Assembly (NCBI GenBank): GCA_041674705.1
Contig: JBAYVF010000006.1
Span: 23,241-87,240 of the forward strand
From: Candidatus Omnitrophota bacterium
GTDB taxonomy: Bacteria > Omnitrophota > Omnitrophia > Omnitrophales > Aquincolibacteriaceae
Reading direction: 5' to 3'
Length of the DNA: 64,000 nucleotides
Shown: positions 43,216-51,587 of the stretch, piece after piece
How the letters are laid out: every line of letters begins with the position of its first letter
Numbering within the stretch: position 1 is the stretch's first letter
The notes under the pieces: generated by a model
What the model was told of the DNA's origin: nothing
Seen by the model: the letters and a program-made list of their open reading frames with translations, nothing else
Databases searched by the model: none
Made by a program: the position numbers and the translations under genes

Positions 43216-43231
43216 ACGCCACCAAAAAAGT

Positions 43232-43978
43232 TTAACGGCCTTCGATATTGAGCACGTGCGTTTTCTTTTTCAGGAAACGGAAAACAAGATAGATCACAAG
43301 GGAGGTCCCAAAAAAGATCCACCAAAAAGGCGCGATCTTATGGTCGGGTTTCGTAAAAAGGTCCGCGGCGATCCCGAGCACGGTGAGGGCAGAGATCATG
43401 CCAAATTGTGTCGAATGCTCCCGGCGCAACACGGTCTTCCACGCGTACGGGAGTTCCGGTTTTTGAAACCCCGAGAATTTTGGAATAAAGACGGGCGTTT
43501 TCAAGGACCATTCCACGAATGTCTGCCCAAATTTCTGGCGCAGGAATTCTTCTTCCGTGAAAATGATGCGCTCGTAGAAGATCCAGAAAATAGCAATTCC
43601 TGCGAGCGTGAACCACCAAACCTGGATAAAGAGTAGAAGTCCAAGGCAAATGAGGAAATTTCCAAGATAAAGAGGGTTGCGGACCACCGAATACAAACCC
43701 TTGGTGTTCAGACTTTCCGCGACCTGGGTTTGCGTGTTGCGTCCCGAAGTTCCTCTTGGAACATAACCGGCCACGAGGCAGCGCACGATGAACCCCGAAA
43801 GGGAAATGAGGATGCAGATCGCTTTCCAGAGGCTGCCGGAAAAACCGCTGAAGAATGGATGAGAATATTGGGGATCCAGGAGCGCTGCGACGACCAAGGG
43901 GCCTACCAGGAGAGGAAGGTAACTTCGGTGACGGAAGAGGAACGCGCCTTGTTTTTCATAAGTTTCTTTGAGAGCCAT
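43232..43978 (-). CDS. isoprenylcysteine carboxyl methyltransferase (ICMT/PEMT-like) family membrane protein
   Basis: Multi-TM. LNTKGLYSVVRNPLYLGNFLI...ERIIFTEEEFL block. Confidence 0.65.
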   Translation of the reverse strand: MALKETYEKQGAFLFRHRSYLPLLVGPLVVAALLDPQYSHPFFSGFSGSLWKAICILISLSGFIVRCLVAGYVPRGTSGRNTQTQVAESLNTKGLYSVVRNPLYLGNFLICLGLLLFIQVWWFTLAGIAIFWIFYERIIFTEEEFLRQKFGQTFVEWSLKTPVFIPKFSGFQKPELPYAWKTVLRREHSTQFGMISALTVLGIAADLFTKPDHKIAPFWWIFFGTSLVIYLVFRFLKKKTHVLNIEGR

Positions 43979-44076
43979 AACGACCTTTCAGGTTTTACCG
44001 CTATTTTAAAATATCAACAATGAAACAACCGATCCAACGATTTTATTCTAATTCTTCTTTCAGGAAAAAGACAGTT

Positions 44077-44721
44077 TTAAGGCTTTTTCCTCGAACTTGC
44101 CCCGTGAGACGGGGTGAACAACCATTCCCTTAAGATCGGGAGAAAAGAAAGAACAATCACGACCAGGATAACCCAGTGAACTTTTTTTTCAATGTTCGGG
44201 ATCGTGCGGCCGAGAGAAAACCCCAGGAGCGTCATACTCGCGATCCAGCCCAACCCACCGCCGATACTGTAAGCGAGGAATTTTCGGTAGGGCATCCGGC
44301 CGACGCCGGCCACGGTCGGGGCAAAGGTTCGGACGATCGGGACAAAGCGCGCCAGGATGAGTGTTTTTGCGCCATATTTATCGTAAAACTTTTGTGTCCG
44401 GGTCAAATGGTCCTTATGAAAGAAAAAAGAATCGGTACGGCTGAAAAGCTTCGGGCCGAAATGACGCCCAAGCCAGTAACCGGTATTGTCGCCGGCGATT
44501 GCGGCCAGGGCGAGCAAAGGGATAAGGATTTCGATCCGGAGCGCGCCTTCTACTGCCGCGAAAAGACCGGCCGTGACAAGCAGCGAATCGCCCGGGAGGA
44601 AAAAACCGGCGAGAAGCCCTGTTTCGGCATAAATGATGATCACAAGGACTGTGTAACCCCCCCAGCGGATAAGGTCCTGGAAGTGATAAAGCTTAGAAAA
44701 AAATTCGTGTAACCATTCCAT
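44077..44721 (-). CDS. DedA family membrane protein
   Basis: FLPGDSLLVTAG and RFVPIVRTFAPTVAGVGRM motifs. Confidence 0.85.
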   Translation of the reverse strand: MEWLHEFFSKLYHFQDLIRWGGYTVLVIIIYAETGLLAGFFLPGDSLLVTAGLFAAVEGALRIEILIPLLALAAIAGDNTGYWLGRHFGPKLFSRTDSFFFHKDHLTRTQKFYDKYGAKTLILARFVPIVRTFAPTVAGVGRMPYRKFLAYSIGGGLGWIASMTLLGFSLGRTIPNIEKKVHWVILVVIVLSFLPILREWLFTPSHGASSRKKP

Positions 44722-44739
44722 GAATGCCCCTTGTCGCAG

Positions 44740-46365
44740 CTATTTGATTGAGAGGATCTTATTTTCTTGAGTCGTGATGGTATCAAGTTTTCCCCATAAT
44801 TGGAAGAATAGTTCGGGCCTGAAACGGAAAAGCGGTTCAAGGCCTTGGGAGGTTGAGGCGTAAAAGATTTTTTCGTTTATTAATTTCTGTAAAACTTCAA
44901 CGCCCGTGGCCGATCGGCGATCCCGCTTCGAGGCGATCGCCAGCGCCTCGGAAAGGGGGATTGTTTTTGAGGCAAACGAGATGCCTTTCAGGAAGTTCAG
45001 GATACGGGTCGTGATAAGAAGCGTGTAAAGATCCTCACGCTTGAAATCCCGGGTTTCGATCGCCATGGCCGTGAGGCGCGCTGTGAAGACATCGGTTTCG
45101 GAAGGGGCATCAAAATGCCTGGCGATAGGCGAATGCGGAATAAGATAAAAAGGGGAAGCGCCCAGAAGCATAGGGAGCTTGGCGTTAAAAAGGAGTGTCT
45201 TGATCATGGAGGCAAGCGTGTCGCCCGGGAGTCCCAGGATCTGATAAGCAACGACCTTAAAGCCGAGCGCTGCTGCGTTTTTTAAAACTTCGCGGTATTT
45301 CGCGAGCGGGTTGGGCCTCTGGACTGTCTTAAGTAAAGCCGTGTTTGTGCTTACAAGCGAAAGGTTCAGATGTGTGAATCCCGCTTGTCGCATAAGTTTG
45401 AGGATGCTGCGGTCGAGCGTCCAGTAGCAGACTCCGTTCATGGCGAGGAGCTGGATATCTTTTAGGGGGAATTCCCGGATAAGTTGTTTACACAGCCCGG
45501 TCATTTCCTTCCGGTCGAACGTAAGGTTGTCATCTTCGAAATCAAAGACACGATAACCTTCGTTGTAACGCTGCTTGATCTCGGTGAGAATGCTTTTGGC
45601 GGAGCGCCTGCGGCATTTATGGCCGAACGTCTTGTGGACCGAACAAAAAGCGCAGCGGTAAGGGCATCCGCGTGACGTGATGATGAAACAAAGGGGCTTC
45701 TTCTCAAAAAGATAATGATTCTGAGGAAGGTCAGAAAAATCGGGGAATGGAAGCGCTTCGATCGGGAAGTTCTCTTTTCGCGGATTTAAAATCAATCGCC
45801 CGCGCTTTTTATATCCAAGATTCGGGATCTTTGCGAAATTTTTGCCACTCTTTAAAACCTTCAAAAATTCCACGAACGGCTTTTCGCCTTCGCCCTGAAT
45901 TACGAAGTCGATCGCCGGATGCGCGAGCATGGTTTCCGGCATGGCGGACACGTGAGCACCTCCGATCAGAATGGGAACATCCCAACGCTTTTTGATCGCT
46001 TCCGCGCAGCGGAAAACCTCGCGATGATAAGGGGCAAAAAGAGCTGCGATGCCGACAAGATCCGGCTTTTCTTTCGCAACTTCTTCAGCGATCGTCTCAA
46101 AATCCGCGCCGAAGTGATAATAGTGATGGAAAGTCGAGAAAGGGCTTTTGTCATCTTTGGAATAATAATCTTTTAAATAGGCGAGCTCTTTCGGGAGCGG
46201 GATCGTTTTCCGGCCCCAACCGTGGTGGTAATCTCTGATCGTGACCCGGACTCCTGGGATATGTTTTTGCGCCGCGGCTTTGAGATAGGCCAGGCCGATC
46301 GGTTGGAGACGGATGTCCGTATTGTAGAAATCCTCGACCGGAGGTTGTAAAAGCAGGACCTTCAT
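44740..46365 (-). CDS. B12-binding domain-containing radical SAM protein
   Basis: N-terminal MKVLLLQPP...GLAYL...DLVGI..GG.H (cobalamin-binding-like), then SRGCPYRCAFCS. ATG 46365 gives an ATGA overlap with the upstream gene. The track start is 46395. Confidence 0.8.
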   Translation of the reverse strand: MKVLLLQPPVEDFYNTDIRLQPIGLAYLKAAAQKHIPGVRVTIRDYHHGWGRKTIPLPKELAYLKDYYSKDDKSPFSTFHHYYHFGADFETIAEEVAKEKPDLVGIAALFAPYHREVFRCAEAIKKRWDVPILIGGAHVSAMPETMLAHPAIDFVIQGEGEKPFVEFLKVLKSGKNFAKIPNLGYKKRGRLILNPRKENFPIEALPFPDFSDLPQNHYLFEKKPLCFIITSRGCPYRCAFCSVHKTFGHKCRRRSAKSILTEIKQRYNEGYRVFDFEDDNLTFDRKEMTGLCKQLIREFPLKDIQLLAMNGVCYWTLDRSILKLMRQAGFTHLNLSLVSTNTALLKTVQRPNPLAKYREVLKNAAALGFKVVAYQILGLPGDTLASMIKTLLFNAKLPMLLGASPFYLIPHSPIARHFDAPSETDVFTARLTAMAIETRDFKREDLYTLLITTRILNFLKGISFASKTIPLSEALAIASKRDRRSATGVEVLQKLINEKIFYASTSQGLEPLFRFRPELFFQLWGKLDTITTQENKILSIK

Positions 46366-47096
46366 CGCTTCTTCGGGGAGACCCTGAGCAGGCAATCTTC
46401 CAGATCTTCTGGAAGCGGAGATTCAAGCGTGAGCAATTTGCCGCTTGTCGGATGCGGGAAGATCAGCCGCCAGGCGTGAAGAAACATCCGGTGAAGACCG
46501 AGCGCCGCCTTCAGTTCCTTGTTGAGCGTAAAATTTCCGTAGAGCCGGTCGCCGGCCACCGGATGACCGTGATAGGCCGACTGCACGCGGATCTGGTGCG
46601 TTTTTCCGGTCAAAAGTTCGATCTCCAGAAGCGATAGATTGAACTTCGGAAAATATTCTTTCATTTTATAATTCAAAAATGCGTTGGGCCGGCCGAGCGT
46701 GCTGATCGCTGAACGGATCCCTCCCTCGGACCGTCGTTCCATCATGTTATCGCGCCATATCCCGTGCGCCGGCATCGGCTTTCTTGAAACAAGAGCAAGA
46801 TAATTTTTTTTGACGGCTCGTTCCTCGAATGCTTTTCGGCAAGCCGCGACGCTTTTCTTGTTCTTGGCCGCCAGAAGCACTCCGGAGGTGTCTTGATCGA
46901 GGCGATGGATGAGCCAGATCGGGCCTTGAGGTGTTTGAAATCGACGATCCCCAAGATCATAAGGACCTTCGAAAGCGGAGGAGAGGCTTTTGGATCCAGG
47001 ATTTGGATGTGAGAGGACCCCTTCCGGCTTGTCAATGACGAGCAGATCGGCGTCCTCAAAGAGGATCGGGCATTGCGTAAAAAAGGAGTTTGCCAT
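46362..47096 (-). CDS. RluA family pseudouridine synthase
   Basis: HRLDQDTSGVLLAAK catalytic block and THQIRVQ. The start is ATG 47096 or GTG 47129. Confidence 0.8.
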   Translation of the reverse strand: MANSFFTQCPILFEDADLLVIDKPEGVLSHPNPGSKSLSSAFEGPYDLGDRRFQTPQGPIWLIHRLDQDTSGVLLAAKNKKSVAACRKAFEERAVKKNYLALVSRKPMPAHGIWRDNMMERRSEGGIRSAISTLGRPNAFLNYKMKEYFPKFNLSLLEIELLTGKTHQIRVQSAYHGHPVAGDRLYGNFTLNKELKAALGLHRMFLHAWRLIFPHPTSGKLLTLESPLPEDLEDCLLRVSPKKR

Positions 47097-47121
47097 TAGG
47101 AAAAGGACCTTTTTAAATGCG

Positions 47122-47189
47122 CCCGCCACAAAGCGCTGGCGGGTCCGTCCGACAGCGCGAGCGGACGGGTCCGCCGCGCTGTTTGGCGG
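47122..47189 (-). other. three tandem short GC hairpins, each with GCGC in the loop
   Basis: On the minus strand: ccgcc-aaacagcgc-ggcgg, ccgtccg-ctcgcgctgt-cggacgg, cccgcc-agcgctttgt-ggcggg. They lie between the small ORF stop and the rluA-family start. There is no U-tract. Confidence 0.4.
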
Positions 47190-47190
47190 A

Positions 47191-47274
47191 TTAGCTGCAG
47201 CAGCAACCGCAGCGGGATTTTTTCGCTGTTTTCTTAGTTTTCTTTTTTGCGGCTTTTTTTGCTTTTTTGGCCAT
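47191..47274 (-). CDS. unannotated small ORF, 27 aa, polybasic with C-terminal Cys cluster (MAKKAKKAAKKKTKKTAKKSRCGCCCS)
   Basis: Below the ORF-track length cut-off. ATG is preceded by AAAGGAG plus a 5-nt spacer. It lies 26 nt downstream of the GDT1-like stop on the same strand. Confidence 0.55.
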   Translation of the reverse strand: MAKKAKKAAKKKTKKTAKKSRCGCCCS

Positions 47275-47300
47275 GACGACTCCTTTGGGTTGAATTGCGG

Positions 47301-47573
47301 TTAAATTTTATTGAAGAACATCAACATCCCGATGACCACGAACGCTGTGGCGCCGCCATAACGTATGAACTCCGGTTTGACGTATTTTGCCAGGAGAGTC
47401 CCGAGAATGACCGAGATCAGCGTGACAAGCGCATAGCCCGCGATCGATCCCAGGAATACGGACAAAGGTTTCCCGGTCTTGGAGGCCATGGTGATCCCCA
47501 CGAGTTGCGTCTTATCGGCAAGTTCCGCAAAGAAGATAGCGCTTAAGGTTGCTAAAAAAATTTTCCAATCCAT
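47301..47573 (-). CDS. UPF0016 (GDT1/TMEM165-like) single-repeat cation transporter subunit
   Basis: 90 aa, 3 TM, with the E-x-G-D-K-T-type motif as FAELADKTQL. Confidence 0.7.
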   Translation of the reverse strand: MDWKIFLATLSAIFFAELADKTQLVGITMASKTGKPLSVFLGSIAGYALVTLISVILGTLLAKYVKPEFIRYGGATAFVVIGMLMFFNKI

Positions 47574-47643
47574 AAAAGTCTCCTTGAAAGGTGATTGACA
47601 AAAGGAATTGTACCATAAAGTACTCGTCGCGCACTGAGCGGAC

Positions 47644-50199
47644 TTAATATCCGTATTTCTTTACGTACCAGGACTTGATCTTTTGCGTCAGGGTCAGATA
47701 GGCGAGGACGATCACAAGGACCGAGAAACCGTAACCCCAGGTCGGCGGAACAAAGCCGAAGAATTTTCCCCAAGGGGAAAGCGTGACGGCAAAAGCGGTT
47801 CCGACGATACAAAGCGACATTTGGACCAGGAACCGGCTAGGGCGGCTTTCGAGGAACGGTATCTTGGCGGTTCGGATGATATAAATAATAAAGGTTTGAG
47901 TGCAGAGCGACTCCAGGAACCAGCCGGTATGGAAAAATTCCTGCGAGGCATGGAAAACAAAAAGCAAGATCCCGAAAGTCAAAAAATCAAAGAGGGAACT
48001 GATCGGGCCAAAGATGAGCATGAACCGGCGGATCGCGGCGATATCCCAACCTTTGGGAGTTTTCAGATATTCATCATCCACCTTATCGGTCGGGATGGCG
48101 ATCTGGGAGACGTCGTAAAGAAAATTATTGAACAAGATCTGGATCGGAAGCATCGGAAGAAAGGGAAGGAAAAGGCTCGCGCCGGTCATGCTGATCATAT
48201 TCCCGAAATTAGAACTCGAACCCATCTTGATGTATTTCATGATGTTCCCGAAGGTTCTGCGACCTTCCAACACGCCGTCCTCAAGGACCAGGAGGCTTTT
48301 TTCAAGCAGGATAATGTCCGCGGATTCTTTGGCGATATCGACGGCGTTATTGACAGAAATGCCGACGTCCGAGGTTTTAAGGGCCGGCGCGTCGTTGATG
48401 CCGTCTCCCAAGTATCCGACGATCTGCCCGTTCTCATGAAGCGCATGAATAACACGTTCCTTCTGAAGCGGGGAGAGGCGTGCGAAGACGGTGGTTTTTT
48501 TGACCAGTTCCCGGAGCGTGATATCGCTGGCGGCCTCCAGCGTATCACCCGTGACGATCTCGTGGACATCCAACCCGACATGGCTGCAGATCTTTTTGGT
48601 GACTAGTTCGTTGTCGCCAGTCAGCACTTTGAATTCGATGCCAAGATTTTTCAGGCGATGGATCGTTTCCTTGGCGCTGGGTTTCGGCGGGTCAAGGAAC
48701 GCGAGGTAGCCGATCAGGACGAGGTTCTTTTCATCGTCCTTGCTGTAAACGCTTTTTTTCTCCGGCATGTTTTTATAGGCCACGGCCAGGACCCGGAAGC
48801 CGTCGGCGCTCAAAGAGTCGTATTCTTCCTTAAGATCGGAAAGGATCAAATTTTCCATTTCCAGGATCTCGCCGTCGAGTTCGTAATGACTGCAGCGTTT
48901 AAAGATCTCTTCGGGGGCGCCTTTGGAAATAAGCGTTTGTTTTCCCTCGGCTTCAACAATGACCGACATGATCCTGCGCGAAAAATCGAACGGGATCTCA
49001 TCCTCTTTTTTATATTGTTCGGTCAGCACCAGTTCGTGCTTCAGGATCGCGCGGTCGAGCAAGTTCTTGAGGCCGGTCTGATAGAAACTGTTGATGAAGG
49101 CGTATTTGAGGACCTCTTCGTTTTCAGCCCGGACCACGTCGCAGTGACGTTCGAGCACGACATCATCCAGCGTGAGGGTGCCGGTCTTGTCCGTACAGAT
49201 CACGTTCATGGCGCCCAGGTTCTGGATCGAATTGAGACGCTTTACGATCACCTTTTTTTTGGACATAGCGATCGCTCCTTTGGAGAGATTGATCGTCACG
49301 AGCATCGGCAGCATTTCTGGCGTCAAGCCGACGGCGACGGCAAGAGAAAAAAGCAAAGCCGTTTTCCAATCGCCTTTGGTGAACAGATTGATCACAAAGA
49401 TCGCCGCGACCATGACCATCATGACTTTGATCATAAGCCAAACGAAACGATTCACCCCTTTGTCGAAACTGGTTTGCGTGCGGATATTCGCCAAGCGCCT
49501 CGAAACTTCTCCAAATTGAGTGTCGATGCCGGTTTTAATCACCAGGCCCAGAGCTGTGCCGCTCACCACGCTGGATCCCATGAACGCGATATTGGTCAGG
49601 CTGGTGACGGAAAGGCCTTGGGTGTTGATCGGGGCCGCGATTTTTTCAATGGGGAAGGATTCTCCTGTCAGGGAGGACTGATTGATGAACAGGTCTTTAC
49701 AGGAAAGGATGCGGAGGTCGGCAGGGATCATGTCGCCTGCGTAAAGGTCCACGATATCGCCCGGGACGATCTCTCGCATTTTGATCTCGGTTGGTTTTCC
49801 ATCCCGGTTCACGGTGGCGGTGGCGCGTACGAGTTCGCTCAGCTTTTCGGCCTCTTTATTGGACTTGTATTCCTGGAAAAAGGACAAAAAAACGCTGAGG
49901 AAGATCATGAGCAGGACCAGCAACGCCTGGATATCTTCTCCGAAGCAGAGAGAAAATGTGGCGATGACCAAAAGGATGATAACGAGCGGATCCGTAAATT
50001 TCTGGAGAAGCTGCCACAACGCGGTCCGCTTCTTTTTTTTGGCCGGTTCGTTGTAACCGTGTTTTTCAATGCGTAAAGCGGCTTCCTCTTCGGAGAGGCC
50101 TCCCCACGAGGTCATGAATTCTTTGAGGAGCTCCTCGGCGGTTGCCGCGCTAAAAAAAGAAACCGGCTTTTGATTTTTGGGATTCTGAGGATTTGGCAT
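47644..50199 (-). CDS. mgtA: magnesium-translocating P-type ATPase
   Basis: ICTDKTGTLT, TGDN, GDGINDAPALK. 851 aa with MgtA-like N-terminus and TM layout. Confidence 0.85.
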   Translation of the reverse strand: MPNPQNPKNQKPVSFFSAATAEELLKEFMTSWGGLSEEEAALRIEKHGYNEPAKKKKRTALWQLLQKFTDPLVIILLVIATFSLCFGEDIQALLVLLMIFLSVFLSFFQEYKSNKEAEKLSELVRATATVNRDGKPTEIKMREIVPGDIVDLYAGDMIPADLRILSCKDLFINQSSLTGESFPIEKIAAPINTQGLSVTSLTNIAFMGSSVVSGTALGLVIKTGIDTQFGEVSRRLANIRTQTSFDKGVNRFVWLMIKVMMVMVAAIFVINLFTKGDWKTALLFSLAVAVGLTPEMLPMLVTINLSKGAIAMSKKKVIVKRLNSIQNLGAMNVICTDKTGTLTLDDVVLERHCDVVRAENEEVLKYAFINSFYQTGLKNLLDRAILKHELVLTEQYKKEDEIPFDFSRRIMSVIVEAEGKQTLISKGAPEEIFKRCSHYELDGEILEMENLILSDLKEEYDSLSADGFRVLAVAYKNMPEKKSVYSKDDEKNLVLIGYLAFLDPPKPSAKETIHRLKNLGIEFKVLTGDNELVTKKICSHVGLDVHEIVTGDTLEAASDITLRELVKKTTVFARLSPLQKERVIHALHENGQIVGYLGDGINDAPALKTSDVGISVNNAVDIAKESADIILLEKSLLVLEDGVLEGRRTFGNIMKYIKMGSSSNFGNMISMTGASLFLPFLPMLPIQILFNNFLYDVSQIAIPTDKVDDEYLKTPKGWDIAAIRRFMLIFGPISSLFDFLTFGILLFVFHASQEFFHTGWFLESLCTQTFIIYIIRTAKIPFLESRPSRFLVQMSLCIVGTAFAVTLSPWGKFFGFVPPTWGYGFSVLVIVLAYLTLTQKIKSWYVKKYGY

Positions 50200-50207
50200 G
50201 AGGAAGT

Positions 50208-51089
50208 CTAACTCATTAAAATATTAATCACAATCCCCGCGGTAAGGCTTACGAGAACGAGGAGGCCCATGATGAAAGCGGTTTCTTTGCGGTCCTTGTT
50301 CTCTTGAAAAAGGACCAGTATCCCCAGGCCGCCGCTCGCTGAAAGGCCCGCAATGGCCGAACCGAAGGTGATGGCGCCTTTCAAATAAACCTCGGTGATC
50401 GCGACGGAGGCAGCGCAATTCGGGATAAGCCCGACCAGAGTCGCGATCAAGGGCTGGAAAAAAGTTCCCGAGAAAAAGACGCGCTCCAGGCCCGCTTCTC
50501 CAAATTTCGCGACCACAAAGCCGATCGCCAGAGAAACCGCAAAAATAAAAAACAGAACCTTCAGGGTGTGCTTAAGCGGAAAAAGGAAAAAAGTTTTCCA
50601 GCGGGGGATCCCCTGGCCGTGTGTGTGGCAATCGCAGGATCGGTACCCTCCCTCGGGAACAATGGGGGCGTGCGGAACATGCGGCTCCCCAGAGGAATTT
50701 CTTTTAAAGATAAGATCGACCGCGTATCCGGCGATCGTCGCAAGAACCACCTTTGTGAGTAAAAGACTAAGAACCAAGGGGGCTGCGTTGTGTTGGGCGA
50801 GAATCACCGGGATCGCTTCATCCGAAGTTGAAATAAAAACGGCGAGCAGCGTTCCTCGCGAAATACACCGGCGGGTATAAAGCGTGGCGGCGACCACCGA
50901 GAAACCGCATTGAGGTATACAGCCTAAAAGCGCACCCAAAAAAGGCGCCACGCCCATTTTGTGGCTGATCTTTTCTCCGAGGAAAGATTCCGACTTGTTC
51001 TCAAGAAACTCGAGCGCGATATAAATGCCCAAAAGAAGCGGCAGCATCCCCATCGTGTCTTTGAGTGTTTCCATCAAGATTTGATTCAT
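50208..51089 (-). CDS. polytopic membrane permease, possibly a metal-ion exporter family
   Basis: About 10 TM helices. GCIPQCGFS and TSDEAIPV motifs, two homologous halves. The family assignment is from memory only. Confidence 0.35.
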   Translation of the reverse strand: MNQILMETLKDTMGMLPLLLGIYIALEFLENKSESFLGEKISHKMGVAPFLGALLGCIPQCGFSVVAATLYTRRCISRGTLLAVFISTSDEAIPVILAQHNAAPLVLSLLLTKVVLATIAGYAVDLIFKRNSSGEPHVPHAPIVPEGGYRSCDCHTHGQGIPRWKTFFLFPLKHTLKVLFFIFAVSLAIGFVVAKFGEAGLERVFFSGTFFQPLIATLVGLIPNCAASVAITEVYLKGAITFGSAIAGLSASGGLGILVLFQENKDRKETAFIMGLLVLVSLTAGIVINILMS

Positions 51090-51144
51090 GAATGAGGATA
51101 GTACTTTGGAATATTGGCAAAATCAACAATCCAGAATTATTTGA

Positions 51145-51222
51145 CTGGATGGAGGAGGGCGGACGGAGAATGGTGTTTGGTTTTGGCGTCGCCCGCCATC
51201 CACCATCCGTCTCCCGTTTTTT
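51145..51222. repeat. palindromic element, GGATGG family, followed by T6
   Basis: ggatggaggagggcgg (51147-51162) pairs with ccgccatccaccatcc (51193-51208), 14/16. The loop contains gtttggtttt, as in the intragenic copy at 28565-28650. Confidence 0.7.
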
Positions 51223-51266
51223 AGTCCCGCTTGCGGTTGCCAGTTGATTCTGCCAGAATAGCTCTG

Positions 51267-51352
51267 TTATCCCAACTTTAAATTTCTTTGCATAAAGGAT
51301 AGTTGAGATTGCCCCAATTTCTACTTCGTAAAAATTGAAAGGTATTGGGACT
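51267..51352 (+). repeat. CCCAAT-family 86-bp element, copy abutting the 51353 start codon
   Basis: Inverted partner of 43130-43215. It ends ...gaaaggtattgggact directly before the ATG. Confidence 0.9.
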
Positions 51353-51550
51353 ATGAAAAATTATGTCTGGAAGTATCTTCTTCCCGGGATTGCCCTCATA
51401 GCATGCGCGTTCTGGGTCGGGACGCTGCCCAACATGGTTTTTTCTTTCCTCGGTTTTCTCTCGTTCTTTTTGGCCGGCGTAGCCCTTATCATAGAAGGAC
51501 GGAAACAATGCTTTTCCTGTAAAGGGAAAGGCACGGAGAACGGCGAGTGA
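51353..51550 (+). CDS. small membrane protein (65 aa, 2 TM, C-terminal CFSC)
   Basis: ATG 51353 is preferred, because the track extension MKGIGT is read from the repeat. No recognisable family. Confidence 0.45.
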   Translation: MKNYVWKYLLPGIALIACAFWVGTLPNMVFSFLGFLSFFLAGVALIIEGRKQCFSCKGKGTENGE

Positions 51551-51587
51551 TGAACATCGAACGCCTTGGTTTCGAGGGATTCCCGGT

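Noticed and set aside
42731-43636. 301-aa ORF sharing the peptide FHSPNTFQFLRSRNWGN with ORF 51278-51508, suggestive of a duplicated gene
   Set aside because: The shared peptide is simply the 86-bp repeat element read in one frame. The rest of each ORF is antisense to real genes (flavin reductase, ICMT-like).
48658-50076. 472-aa ORF antisense to mgtA. The same applies to 47683-48606, 13034-13801, 36760-37647 and 60726-61538.
   Set aside because: All lie inside well-supported conserved genes (mgtA, nrdJ, pnp, tuf) on the other strand and show no motifs. They are typical shadow ORFs.
51090-51267. Mg2+ (M-box) riboswitch or mgtL-type leader for the permease-mgtA operon
   Set aside because: The spacer is occupied by the GGATGG palindrome and the repeat element. 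I could not recognise M-box conserved segments, and there is no short Pro-rich leader ORF.
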